Notes under the pieces: generated by a model
What the model was told of the DNA's origin: nothing
What the model saw: only the letters and a program-made list of their open reading frames with translations
Databases searched by the model: none
Program-made: the position numbers and the translations under genes
In this document: positions 38,603 through 58,984 of the stretch, piece by piece
How the letters are laid out: every line of letters starts with the position of its first letter
Numbering within the stretch: the first letter of the stretch is position 1
DNA from: Sminthopsis crassicaudata
Lineage: Eukaryota
Assembly (NCBI RefSeq): GCF_048593235.1
Contig: NC_133617.1
Location: forward strand, 64,379,767-64,443,766
Length of the DNA stretch: 64,000 nucleotides
Reading direction: 5' to 3'

Positions 38603-41600
38603 TTAGAGAGGCTGCCAGGTCCTATCAAGGGTCTGGACGTGCTCCTTGGCTCGAAAACAAAGAGACACAATGCTGGAGCTTCGAGCATGGGCATCCCCAG
38701 CTTCTGCCAGGGGGCCAAAAGCCTCCCCAAAAGGAGGGGGTCCCGAGGATGCATGGAGGAAGGCATGAGGCCCATAGGGGGGCTGTAGACCAGGCCTTGG
38801 CCCCAGAAAACCTGGGAGGGCATGCATGGCTGGAGGGCCTGAGGTCAGCCAAGGGTCCAGGGGGAGTGAGGCAGTTGGAGGAGGCCGAGCAAAGGCCAGC
38901 ATGGGGGCCTCTGGAAGCTTGGTGGTTGCTGCTGCTACTGCTGCTGCGGAGCTGGCCTCCAGCTTCTCCTGACGTCGCCATTTGGCTCGACGATTCTGGA
39001 ACCAGACCTAGCAGGATGGTAAGGACAGAAGAGAAGAGTCTTGACCCCAGAAGTCTTTATAGCTGTTTTCTAGAATCCCAGTGGGGCTCTATAACCCATC
39101 TCAAATTATCTAGCCTCAGACCAGGTGTAGCCTTCTCCCTCCATCACTTTTTCCAAGGTTCTCCCTACCAGAAAAGTTCTGCTTAGCATCTAACTCCCTG
39201 AAGAGGGTAATCACAATAGCCTTTCTGGAGGAGCAGGACAGATCACTGCCACTTTCATTTTGGGCTCTAAACCTTGACTGGATCAAATCAGCTCCGCTGA
39301 GAAAATCACAATAGCCTTTCTGGAGGAGCAGGACAGATTACTGCCACTTTCATTTTGGGCTCTAAACCTTGACTGGATCAAATCAGCTCCACTGAGAATC
39401 CTTGCATCTTCCCAGCTTCTCTTTTCTCTTAGAGAGTTTGGAATGGAACATGGGACAAGAAATATCTAGAAGAGCCCAAATTTCTTCTCCATTGTTCCTA
39501 ACATCAATTTTCTCAACATCCAATAACAAGCTCCACCACTGACTCAAACTTGAAGAAAATATTTGGCTTTTCTGGGCTTCAGTTTCTCCACTTCACCAGC
39601 TGTCTTCTCACCCTGAACAAATTCCCACCCTGAGGCCCACTCTCCTGATTGGTAATTTCCCAATGCACTGTTTCTTGAGGGATCCCAGCTACCCTTGTTT
39701 CAATTCTGGCTTGACGCATTCTCATATTTCTCTGACTCATTATGAATTTACTTTATCTATACTCCAACCCCTATTTCCCAGCACCCCTGTAGATATTATC
39801 TTTCTTTCCTTAAAATGTAAACTCTGAAAGTAAAGCCTTTTGTTTGCTTACATTTATATCTTTAGCATTTATCACAGTACCTGGAACTTAGTAAATGTTC
39901 AATAAATGTTCTATCTGTTCATCTAGCTTTTTATACCGCTGTATAATGAGAGGATTTGTCTAGATAAGATGGATTCCCAAAGGGTCCAGGAGAGTTTTCA
40001 GGGGTTTCGTGAATTTGACTAGGAGAAAATTACATTTTTATTTTCACTAATATCAAATGAAATTTAACATTTCTTTTAATTATTAAAAAAAATATGATTC
40101 TGAGAAGGGAGTCCTTGAGGATAGGGACTATCATTTTTTCCTCTTTTTATCCATATACAAGGCCAAGAAATACTAAGATATTATCTAAGTCCTTCTAGAA
40201 TCATTTTATGTTTTAAAGTGCTTTTCCATGTATGACATTCTATGATTCTCCCTTCACAATGTCCCTGACTTCTACCCTTTTCTTTCTATCCCCATAGTCC
40301 CCATCTGATCTTTCCTATATCAACCTTTTCCTAGCAGTTCCATTTTCTCTTCCTCTGGCCATTCTTGCAATCATCTTCCAAAAACTCAACTCTGGTTACA
40401 ACTTCCCTGCGTTCATTCATCATCTACAAGAGTTCCATACTATGGCCCCAGTTTAGTTTCCTCTCTCCCTGTTCCTCTCATCTTCCAGGTCTTCCGGGCT
40501 CATTCCCACCCAAGAGCTTTTGCTCTTTCTTAGGATCTTCCCCTTGCCTTTTCCATTCCACTGCCCCCTGCTTTGCAGTTCCCTTTTATATGTTACCTAA
40601 TATCTACCAGTACTGGTACAAAAAAAGGCCAAAAAAAAAATCTTTGTCTTTAAGAAGCTCAACCTAATGGGGGAAATAAGATGAAAGCAATTATGTGCAG
40701 AAAAAAAGATATGGAATATGGGATAAATTAGAGGGAATCCACAGCAGAAAAGCACCCACTTTAAGGAGGATCAGGAAAGGCTTCTTATGAAGGTGAGATT
40801 TTGGCTGGCAGTTCAGAGAAGCTAGGAGTGAGAGCCTTCCAGGTATGGGAGACAGTTTGTGAAAATACCTAAAGTCTGGAGATGGAGTGTATTGTTTGAC
40901 AAACAAGCTAGGAGGCCAGTGTCATCATATTGAAAGGGTGAAAGGGAGGGAGAATGGAGTGTAAGGTTGGCAAAAGAAATGGGAACAGGGGCAGCTAGAT
41001 GGCGCAGTGGATAGAGCACCAGCCTTGAATTCAGGAGGACCAGAGTGTTCAAATTTGGTCTTAGACACTTAACACTTCCTAGCTGTGTGACCCTGGGCAA
41101 GTCACTTAACCCCAGCCTCAGGGAAAAAAAAAGAAATGGGAGCCAGGTTGTAAAGGATTTAAATGATGAAGAAACAATTTTATATTGGATCTTGTAAGTG
41201 ATGGGGAATTACCACAGTTTATTAACTAAGGAGAGTGATGTGGTACTGTACTTTAGCAAGATTATTTTGATCTATATTTTAGCTAGGTTATTTTGACACT
41301 GAAGTGGGGAGAGACTTGAGACATGGAGGCCAATCAGAAAGCTATTGCAGTAGTTTGATTGAAAAATAAGGAGAGCCTGTCCTAATGTGGTAGCAGTGTC
41401 AGAACAGAAAAGAGGAAGAATTTGAGAGCTGTTATGAAGGAAAAATCAGCAGGACTTGGCAAAATATGATAAAATCAATAAAATATTAAATACAGAAGAG
41501 AAACAAGAAAGAGTAAGAAGCCCAAATTGAGTTATCTTCCTCCATTAGCTTGCAAGTTTCTTGAGATCAGGGGTTATTTTTATTTTTGCTAGTATTTGTA

Positions 41601-42125
41601 TACCCATGACTTGGCACATAATAAGCACTTAATATATACTTGTTTCCTTGCCGACCCACCTACACAGGGACATTTCCCTGACCCCAACTCCATCAACATC
41701 TCTAGTCTGAATTTATTCTCTCCTGACCTGAACTCTGCTTTTTCCACAAGTCTAAATCTTCTCTCACCTACATTGGAAGCTCCCTGAAGTCAGGGTTCAG
41801 GTTTTCTCTCTTCTATCCCCCCCCAACCTTAACTTGAAGACAATTAAGGCTAAACTACTCAAATGAATAGAACAGCTGGGAGGGCCATTGCTTTCAGTCT
41901 CACCTGCACCCGAACTTCAGGAAGGTTGACCTGAGTGGCCAGCTCCTCTCGACTGTAGACATCAGGGTAGTGGGAGCGCTCAAAGGCCCTCTCCAGCTGA
42001 TGCAGCTGAAAGGTTGTAAAGGTTGTTCGGTTCCGCCTGTGCTTCTTCTTGGGGGCATCTTCTGCTTCCCCGGACCCCGGGGCCCTTCCCTCAGCTGGCT
42101 CACCCTCACACTTGCTCAGAAACAT
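38603..42125 (-). CDS. RAX2: Retina and anterior neural fold homeobox 2 (paired-like Q50 homeodomain), 208 aa, 2 coding exons
   Basis: Exons 42125-41904 ([58 protein letters not shown]) and 39007-38603 ([40 protein letters not shown]). No octapeptide; the position between MRPL54 and MATK fits RAX2 rather than RAX. Confidence 0.95.
39209..39398. repeat. Tandem duplication, 2 x 95 bp
   Basis: Units 39209-39303 and 39304-39398 differ at only 2 positions. Confidence 0.95.
40988..41130 (+). mobile_element. WSINE1-type tRNA-derived CORE-SINE with A-tail
   Basis: GGGGCAGCTAGATGGCGCAGTGG head, CORE body, A-tail; flanking repeat AAAAGAAATGGGA at 40972-40984 and 41129-41141. Confidence 0.85.
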
Positions 42126-43339
42126 TGCCCCACCTGAATAGGCAGTGGGAGAATAGATTAGGTGAGGAAGAAGAGGAGAAGAGATGGGCACCTGCCACCT
42201 AGCCCATCTAGGGAAGCTTTTAGAGAAAATAGATGGGGAATCTGGAGGTCAGCATAATGAAGCCACTGTCTATATGGGATTCAGATGTTGAAGCAGAGAA
42301 ATTCTACCTAGACTGAGAGCTTAGAAGACCACTAAGCTGTACAGCCCATCTGTCCCCCTGCTCAGAACATAGTAGAAGCCGATACAGCACAGAGGCCACC
42401 CCCTCCACGGAGCTCCTTTAGATCACCCCAGTTACTAGTAGCCTCTTTTTCCTCAAGTTGTTTTGTATTGTTTATATATATGTGTGTCATATCCCCTGGA
42501 AGAATGTAAGCACTCCGGGTGGCACAGGAGACAGAGCTCTGGACCTGAAGTCAGCTTCAGATACATAATCCTGGGCAAATCGCATTAATTAACCTCGTTT
42601 CTTTCATTGTTAAATGGGAATCATAATAGCACCTATCTGCCAGGGGTGTAGATTAATAATGTTTGTTTCTTTCCTTGAGCTCCTCCTAGATATAGGAGAC
42701 TCTTAATAAATATGTATTGGATCCTGAGCCTTTAGTTCTCTCTATGGTCCTCAATTTACCCTTAGATTCCAGCAAGATACAGATAGAAACTACTACTCAT
42801 TCACAGTATAACCCAGAACAAGTCACTTAACCTTAGCCTTTATTTCTCCATTTGTAAAATAAGACAGCTAGACTAGGTGGTCTCTAATGAGAAGCTATGG
42901 TTCAATGAATGTTTCCAAGGGGTTGGTTCCTCCCCTCCCCCACCTCCAGCTAATCATTGAAGCCCCTTAATAGCCCTTTTCTCTCTGAAGCCAGCTCTTG
43001 GCTAAGCTGTTGATCTCACAGACCAGAGATCTTCTGGGGGTAGAGATTGGATTAGGGGCAAAGGCATCGCCTGAAAACCTTGCTCAGGCATATAAATAAA
43101 GCATACACACCCCACTCTTAGGAAAGCTCAGTCAATTGCTAAACAGCTGAAATTTGTAAGTTCTTTTTTTCCTCTACAGTTATTCCCCTGTAAACTAGGT
43201 TCTGAGTCTAAGTTAATACCTTGGATGTCAGAATTAGGATTCAAAACAATATTAATAGTCTAGAATTATGGGTCTAATCTAATAGGATTAAATTTAGACA
43301 TAATAATAAAAATAGGATGAGTTTTTAAAATACCAAGGG

Positions 43340-43620
43340 CCCAATTACAGGGTATGGCCTGATGTGGAAAAAACCCTAGAGTTTATGGTATATTCCCAGC
43401 TTCAATATGGCAGCCCCCCCAAAAAAAGTGAATTTGATCCTAGGCTACATTAGCAAAGGTGCAATGTTTATAAAGAAAGAGACAACACTGTATTCTGTAT
43501 CTCACTGTATTAGCCCTGATAGACAGGATCTGTATCTTTGCTTGGATCTACAGCCACATCTGGAGAACACTGACAAACCAGAACGTTTCTAAAGGAAGGC
43601 AGTTGGAAAGCATGAGAGAC
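43340..43620 (+). mobile_element. CR1/L3 3' fragments (also ~33000-33480, 46440-46680, 48720-49250)
   Basis: Typical L3 3' sequence (GATCCTAGGCTACATTAGC.., CAAGTATTTGAGGAGG..CACATAGAAG); boundaries approximate. Confidence 0.6.
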
Positions 43621-44248
43621 AGGGAATGTCTAGAAGAGATAATTCAAGGGATATATGCTAATTTCTTTCAATTATGTGGGAAAGGAATTCAGTTTGTTCT
43701 TTATGGCCAGAGAGGGAAGAAATAGGGGCAAAGGAAAGAAGCCATGGGGTGGGGGTGTAGGGGAAGCAGAATTTAGTTCACTAAAAGAAAATAGCTTCTA
43801 TAAATCAGGGCTTTTCAGAAGCAAAATGAGAAGCCACTCCACGCAAATCCCTAATATTGGGGCTTTTCCATTATAGACTGGATGACAACTTTTGTAAGAA
43901 GGAAAGTGTTGGATTAGATGCCTTCTAAAACCCTCTGTGCCCCTGTGATTCTAAAAGCAGATGGTTTGTTCCCACTTCCCAGCACCAGAACTCAGGTGTT
44001 CTGGATTCTCAGCATTTTTTTTTTTTGCATCAAATATTTCTTTCCATCTCCATTTTGCTTTCTAATTCTTTGTCTCTCAGTTTGCCTCATCTATTCTCCT
44101 TGTCTGTCATGTCTGTCTTTCAGGGTTGGGAATCCTGACTCCATCGGATTTGATTCAAAGAATATCCTTGACACTACTTCCTGCCAGCCACCCTGATTCT
44201 CCCCATCTCTATCCCATCTCAGCCACCCCTTAGCCATATGGCACTCAC

Positions 44249-44345
44249 CAGCAACAGGGGGCTCCTCCGGTCAAGTCTTCCTCCCTGGGACACCCACCTG
44301 CCTCTGCAGATCTTTACAGACCCCTGTCATAAGCCCTTACAGACT
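44249..44345 (-). other. RAX2: Probable non-coding exon 1 of RAX2
   Basis: Strong minus-strand donor GCTG|GTGAGT at 44249/44248; acceptor of the first coding exon at 42134; homeodomain-site cluster just upstream. TSS approximate. Confidence 0.55.
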
Positions 44346-44373
44346 AGAAAGCAATGGGAGGAGAGTTGGAAGA

Positions 44374-44397
44374 GAGATTAGAGCCAGCGATTAATTG
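44374..44397 (-). promoter_or_regulatory. Candidate RAX2 proximal promoter homeodomain sites (CRX/OTX2-type TAATC, RAX-type CAATTA)
   Basis: Minus strand reads CAATTAATCGCTGGCTCTAATCTC just 5' of the putative exon 1. Confidence 0.55.
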
Positions 44398-47300
44398 GGA
44401 GGACTTCCCCTTTAAGGATGACAGACAGGCTTGAAGTCTCCTGGGTCTAAGAGGTGGTAGGGGGTGAGGGGAGTGGTTAACTGGGTAGAATGGACAATGC
44501 CAAAATCCTGGTAGACAGGCAGCTTATAGAGTGATAAGATAGGTCAGAGACTAGAGGAAAGGGGCTAGCTTCCTTTGTTGGACCTTCAGACCCTTCCTGA
44601 GGGACTAATGGATGGAAAATCATTAGGAAGCATGTCAGAATCACAGTATCTCAAAGTTGGAAGGGACTTGAACTTGTCTAATTAGCACGAGGCTGGGAAT
44701 CTCTTCTATAAAATCAAAGCCAAGTGTTCCTGTACCTCAGGACTCCAAGAACCCAACTCAGATCACGGCAGATAGATGGTCTTCAAAACTTGCTGAGCCA
44801 ACACATTTCATCCTTCTGAAGCCATCATGCTGAGACTCTCCGAATGTAAGATGGTCAAGAGTGATCCATCATTGCCTTTCCTTCTTGAAATGACTCACCA
44901 GAGTTTGTGCTTGGCCTGTTAGTCTCAGAGAAGCTTCCACGAGTTATCCATAGAGTGAAGGGAACTTAGGGAAGGCAAGAAGGACCTTATGTCACATTTT
45001 ATAGAGAGGAAACAGACCAAAGAGATGTGCCTAAGGTCACCTGGTTAGTAGCAAGGCCAAGAGGCATATTCAGAGATCCTGACACCTCCAATTTGAGAGG
45101 TTTCCTTCATTTTGTCCCACTGGGACCGAGGATGCCTCATCAATCTCCCCAAAATTTGGGGAGGGAAAAAGGAATGGAGATAGACTTTGCAAAGTCTTGA
45201 ACTTGGAGTCTGGGATCCAGATATTTGGGAGTTACCCTCCTACAGAAACTCAAGGCCAAAGAGAAACTTGGGTAACTGTCTTCCTTACTCCATTATGTGT
45301 AGGCTCCCAAAAATCAAATCCAGATGCCTGCAGACCACTTTTATTTTTATTTCTCCAGTGTCCAGCACATGCCTGACAGCCAGCTGATACTTGGTAAAGC
45401 ACTTGTTGATTAAAGAATAAAAATGTTTTAACAGGATTTGAAAGTTTGTAAAAGGTTTCCCTAACAACCCTGTGATGTCATGGTGGTGGGTGGCAGTGTT
45501 ACCCCCCACTGGACATATGAGGAAGCTGACGCCCAGAAAGAGCTGTAGGTCCCACAGCTAGTAGGTTTCAGGGTCCCAGTCTGACCATCAGGCTGTATTC
45601 CTAAAGAAGGAACATTGGAGCTATGTAGCAAGCACTGGACTGGGGGCCTAGGTCTGGCCTGGTAAGAACTGATTCACTTCACAAGCATAGGCAGTCCCTC
45701 TTCCTCCCTTGACCTCAGTTTTCTTCTTTATAAAAGCAGAGCTAGATGATTTCAAAAGTCTCCCTTCCTTGCACTATCCTATGTCCACAACAGCCCTCGT
45801 CAATATGTCCAAGCTAACATAGTTGTGGAGACTAGAGCAGACTGGGAGAGGGAGGGGGAACCCCCCTCTATAATTACCTTCCTTGCAAGGCTCCTAATTG
45901 CTTCATCACTTTAAAACATTAACAAGCTTCATCTTTACAAGTCTCCCAATTACACTAATTGGTCACAAATTAGTTAAGAGGGCAGACGGGTAGTATCAGG
46001 GAGGGTTAAGGTATTCTGTAGCTTTAGCCTGGGCCTGAGCCTCTTATCTCCTAGAGGCTGATGCTCCCAGACAGCTGTGTCAGCTTAGAGGCCCTGAGGA
46101 GGGCAAGAAAAAGAGCAGCTCACAGATTATTGGGCTCCTGAAGGACAGGGGACAGGTGACCCTTAGGCTGATGCTCTGAGCATCAATGCTACCATCCAAG
46201 GTGGGGTGTAATGCTGTAGTGACTCCTCATCATCCCCAGTCTTGACCCCAATCCTCTGAGATTTCTTTAGAAGGGGCTGCAAGATTTTCAAGTGAAAAAT
46301 AAGGGTCTGGTTTATGTCTTTCCCAGTGAAGAGGATGGAGAAGGGCCTCCTTTGAAAGATTTGGCATTGATTAGGCCCTTAGGAAGATATGAGACCTATC
46401 AAAGATATTCCATGGAAGAGACAGCAGGTTTGTTCTACTGGGCCCCAGAGGCAGAACTGGGGTGGGGGTGTTCATAGGGTGACTTTAAAGAAAAGACTTT
46501 CTTAGAATTGTTGCTACTCCAAAAAGAATGGGTGGTCTCAGGAGGTATTAGCTTCCCCACAAAGCCTTCAAGCTGTTGGAGATGCTTCTTGCTGAGATGG
46601 CCTCTGAGAGTCTGTTTTCTGGAGCTCTGCATTTCACTTATATCCAGTTCATTCCAAGGCTTATTACACTCCATTGGCATCTAGGATCCTTCACCAATTG
46701 GGCACGTGATCCCAGATCAGATCACCAAGAGGGGAATGGATCTCCATGATAGGATCCTGAGAGATTTTTCACTGCGAAGATCACCGGGGGTTCAGGACCA
46801 TGGTAAACTGTGATTCAGGATAGATTTTAAGGAAGATTTTAGGGAGGGGATGGAATTTGTGCATTGCCAAATAGGAGAGTTGGGCCCCAAGCAAAAGGAT
46901 CCAATATCAAACTGATTGTCACAGGTGTAATGCAGTAAGGATCTCTGCTGGAGAAGCTAATAAGGGCAGGGGACAAAGAGAGACAGAAGCCCATTCTCAG
47001 AATGATAAAGCCTCCATGTCCTTTATCTCTGTCTCCCAAGTTTGCCAGGGGCCTCCCTTAGACTTCTTGATGTCTATAGGCCAACTGGGGGCACCTCCAT
47101 ATCAACATCCCCTGACTATTCCCCAAGAAGGCATCGAGAACACACCAGTGACTGTAGCCCAAGGAAACGGAGGCCAGATTGCACCAGAAACTTGATGGGG
47201 AGTGGAGACAAGTGAGGAAAGTGGGGGGAGGGTGGTGTATCAACTGTAGTGCAGCTCTACATTCCCCACCCCATGCACTCTCCCACTCAGCCCCAGTCCC

Positions 47301-47479
47301 CTTTTTGGTGGCTCTTTCAGTCCAGGAATTACCCAGGTAGGAGAAGAGATAGGAAAAAACATTTTGACATTCTCCAATTTCTTTCCAATCCCCAATGGGG
47401 TGGGGTTGGGCAAGGTTCCAGGGAGCCTTTTAGCCTAGAGAGTCTGATTTGCAGCCCTGGGCACACAAGGATTAGAGGT

Positions 47480-55604
<8,125 letters not shown>

Positions 55605-55862
55605 CTTGGCTGAGACGAGGAGGATTCAGGGATTACTGGGTTTACCTGGGACAAGAGGGATGTGTGGGCAACTGGTGAGCAAGGCTTACATTCCCCAGAG
55701 CAGTTCCCCAGGATATAACAAGAAGAGAGCCTGGAAAAAGGTCCCAGAAGTCCAGTCACCCCATTCCTTCATGCATAGATATCAGTGATCCATAGATTTT
55801 ATGTGTACATACTTACACATACATGTTTGTATACATGTATATGCATCATGTACTTATATATA

Positions 55863-55865
<3 letters not shown>

Positions 55866-55909
<44 letters not shown>
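55866..55909. repeat. (TG)22 microsatellite; others at 34518-34550 (TG), ~51443-51467 (CA), ~16745-16760 (TG)
   Basis: Read directly from the sequence. Confidence 0.95.
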
Positions 55910-55913
<4 letters not shown>

Positions 55914-57379
55914 TTTATAGAAGAAGAAATTGCACTGGCCCAAATACCAACAAACCTCAGTTAGATTCCCAAGTCTGCCACCTATTTGCTGTGTGACCTT
56001 GAACAAGATACTTTGCTTCTCTGGAACTCAGTCTTTACAATCAGAGGATTGTACTAGATGTTCCCAAAGGACCTTCCAGATCTGACATTCTATGTTCTAA
56101 GAGCTCTTCCCAGCTCTTACATTCCAGGATTCTTTTTTTCCCTCCTCCTGCCCTAGTTCAGCCCCTAGGACATTCCCCCTAGGAAAAGGGAACTGGAATC
56201 AAGATGAGTGGGTGATTCCAGCACCATTTGACTGAGGCATGGGGAGAGGAATGGGAGTCAGAGGTTTAGTTTCTACTCTGTTCTTCCCCTTTCTCTTACA
56301 AGTTATATGGTGGAGTGGGGGAAGGGGGGAAGCCGGGGAAAGGGGACAGTGAGAGGGTGGAAGGAATGACTCAAAGTCATTTCTAAGTATTTGAAGCCAC
56401 ATAGAAGATATTGGCCAGCAGGTCAGGGTTCTCCCCTTGATCTCTACAGTTGGAGGGCCTGAGGTTTTCAGCCTTAGCTCCTATGGTGCACCTGAAGGTT
56501 CATATCTGTTCTCTGATCCTTCATCCCCCAGTCCACATCTCCTTCTCATCTTCAGGACTTTTTAGCATCTATGACTTTGATCGCAGCCCTGGCTAGAAGG
56601 CCAATCGCCCCCCTGAAGGGTGCTGGTTCACTTCTTGGCAGAGGACATTTGAGGGTACCTCAGCCTCAGTTGGGAGCACAGGCTCAAAGGACCCCAGAAC
56701 AGATTTCAGAAGAGGAAACTGGCACCCTGGGGTTAAGGTATGGCTCAGAGGGACTCGACTCCTTTGGGGCTCTCCATGGTTCCCTAGCTTTAGCAGAGGT
56801 GCCTAATCAACCTCATATTTTCCAACCCACTCTGTTCACAGTGACAGTTTAAAGGAGCAGCACCAGAGAAGCTTTTGGGGAGGGGGAGCCCTCTGTGTCC
56901 TAAAATTCTAAGGTTTAGAAGGCTGGAATGGCTTTCAACTTATTTGTTGAGGAGAGATTATTCCCACCCCACCCCCACCCCCAGGCTATGCACTCAGAGA
57001 GATCTTTGGGTTCAAACACCTCTGCAAAAGTGCAAATGGACACACATTTAGCCAACAAGAAAGCTAGGCACACAGCACATATGTTCTCAGAGGCCCGCAC
57101 TCCACCCCATACACCTGAGAACACGGTAAACAGCCCTCCTGGCCATGTATGCACAAGGTACGCCCTGCATATGTCTATTACACACCCAAGAGAACTCATC
57201 AATAACTACCCCTCCCCCTTCCGTTCTCACCGCTCGGATGGTCAGGGCTCACCCCAAGAACAGACCCACCAAGCTGCCCACCCGGGATCGGCCACGGGGG
57301 AACATAAGCTCACCCACCATTTATTACACAGGCTGGCCCACTCGCGAAATGTCAGGCTCAGAGCCTGAGGCCAGCCTCA

Positions 57380-58130
57380 CACAGCAGCTCACACACGCAC
57401 ACCCTGGCAGTCACACACGGCGACTGTCACAGACTTGGAGCCACACACAGCGATTGTCGTACTCGAACAGCACAATCTGTGCCGTTCTCGCCACCCCCGC
57501 GTTCGAGCGCAGGCTCAGCTGCCTCCAGACCCCACCGTGCCGCCCGGAGCTCACCTTCCCCCCTCGCCCAGCGGTGGCCAGGGCTTGGGATGGGGACGGG
57601 GACCGGGCTGGGGATGAGGATGGCTCTGGGAACAGACTCCAGGCCCCCTGGCAGGCACGCTTGCCCATGGTGGGAGGACGAGGAGCGGGTGAGGGTCAGT
57701 CTCCGGACCCCGCGCGCACCCCCCCGGCCCCCAGCATAGCATCCCGCCGGACTCACCTGCCCAGCCTGGGCCGCCGGGGCTCCGGACCGCGCGGGACAGC
57801 ACCGGGTGGGATGGGAGGGGGCACGACGCGGACAGCGCCAGGCTGGGCAGCTGGGGCCCCGCTCCCGGCTCCTCTCCTGCCTAGCCCCTTACCTTCCCCG
57901 GGACTAGTGGGGGGCCCCAGCCGTGAGCATCGCGCTCCGTGGTAGCCACAGCCGCACAACTTGTGGCAAGTTCCTCTGTTTCCTCATTTTCTCCCCCCCA
58001 CCCCCCGCCACCCCTCCCTGGGTGGAAAGGGGCGGTGGCGCTGCAGCCTGGAGGAGGCCCTCTCCGGTCCTAGCGCCGGATGCCTACACTGCGGTCCCCG
58101 TCACCAGCCCGGTCCACTCAATCCTGCGGG
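57380..58130 (-). promoter_or_regulatory. MATK: MATK CpG-island promoter with non-coding first exon(s); donors at 57757/57756 and 57555/57554
   Basis: GC/CpG-rich block; minus-strand CAG|GTGAGT (plus ACTCACCTG at 57751) and AAG|GTGAGC (plus GCTCACCTT at 57549). Confidence 0.7.
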
Positions 58131-58984
58131 GGGGAGGAGAGACTAGATAAAAAGAGTCTCCCGCATCCCAATCCCCTTCCTATTTGGCGTCCAGAGACTT
58201 TCTCGAGGGGATTAGTCCAAGTCTCTTCCCCACCACTAAAAAAATAGAGAAATAGAGTTTGAATGAGGTGACCTTCACCTAGTTCTAACCTTCCTCGTTT
58301 TGTTTTGTTGTTGTTTTTTTTACAAACTAGGAAACTGAGACCCAGAGATTATGTTCGGCTCACGCAGGCAAGAGGCACACAGACTATCAGCGCTGGACGC
58401 TCTATGTTCTAAATCCCCTTCCAGCTTTTGAATTCTATACCTAAGATGGCTAGATTCGTGTAATTTTACATGCCTTTGCTTCGGGCCTTAAGGGAAGCAA
58501 AACAAATGCTTCTGTCCAGACTTGAGACTTAAAGATGTTAGTACCCTCGACCCTCCATCTCCCAGAAGCCTGTGGAGGGAGGCTCCAAGTCAATCAGGCT
58601 CCAGCTATATCTACTCAAAAATAGCAACAGAAATGTGGAACAGACACATAATTGCAACAGATTTTTACAAGAAATTTTTAAAACGACCAAAAAAGAATGA
58701 GTAAACAAATAAAAAATAATAATAATAGTTTTAGACGAAATAAAAAAGTGCTGTGCAAATGAATATTAGGGTACAAAATAAGGGTGAAAGTTGCACTAAT
58801 CAATAAATGTTTATTAAGACATGTGGAAGGAAGGAAGAAAAGGAGGAAAGGAGGAAAGAAGGAGGAACTGAAAGGAAGGAGGAATAAAAGTAGGGGAAGC
58901 ACCTGATTTCAAGGAGTTTACATTCTAATGGGAGAGGCAGAGTATATATATTCTTTCCTTGAAAGCGTTTGTTTTTGCTTTTTG

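Noticed and set aside
40988-41060. tRNA-like A/B box sequence (also at 51953 and 59115)
   Set aside because: These are tRNA-derived SINE heads followed by CORE and A-tail, not tRNA genes.
56560-56660. Possible remnant of the human MATK long-isoform first coding exon (GGGGCGA.., GGCTGCGAT)
   Set aside because: Similarity too short, no ATG or donor in a usable frame.
57145-57945. 266-aa plus-strand ORF antisense to the MATK promoter
   Set aside because: GC-rich CpG-island sequence is depleted of stops; starts at a weak context and shows no recognisable domain.
58027-58045. CTCF-like GGTGGCGCT upstream of MATK
   Set aside because: Only the 3' half matches; the CCASYA half is absent.
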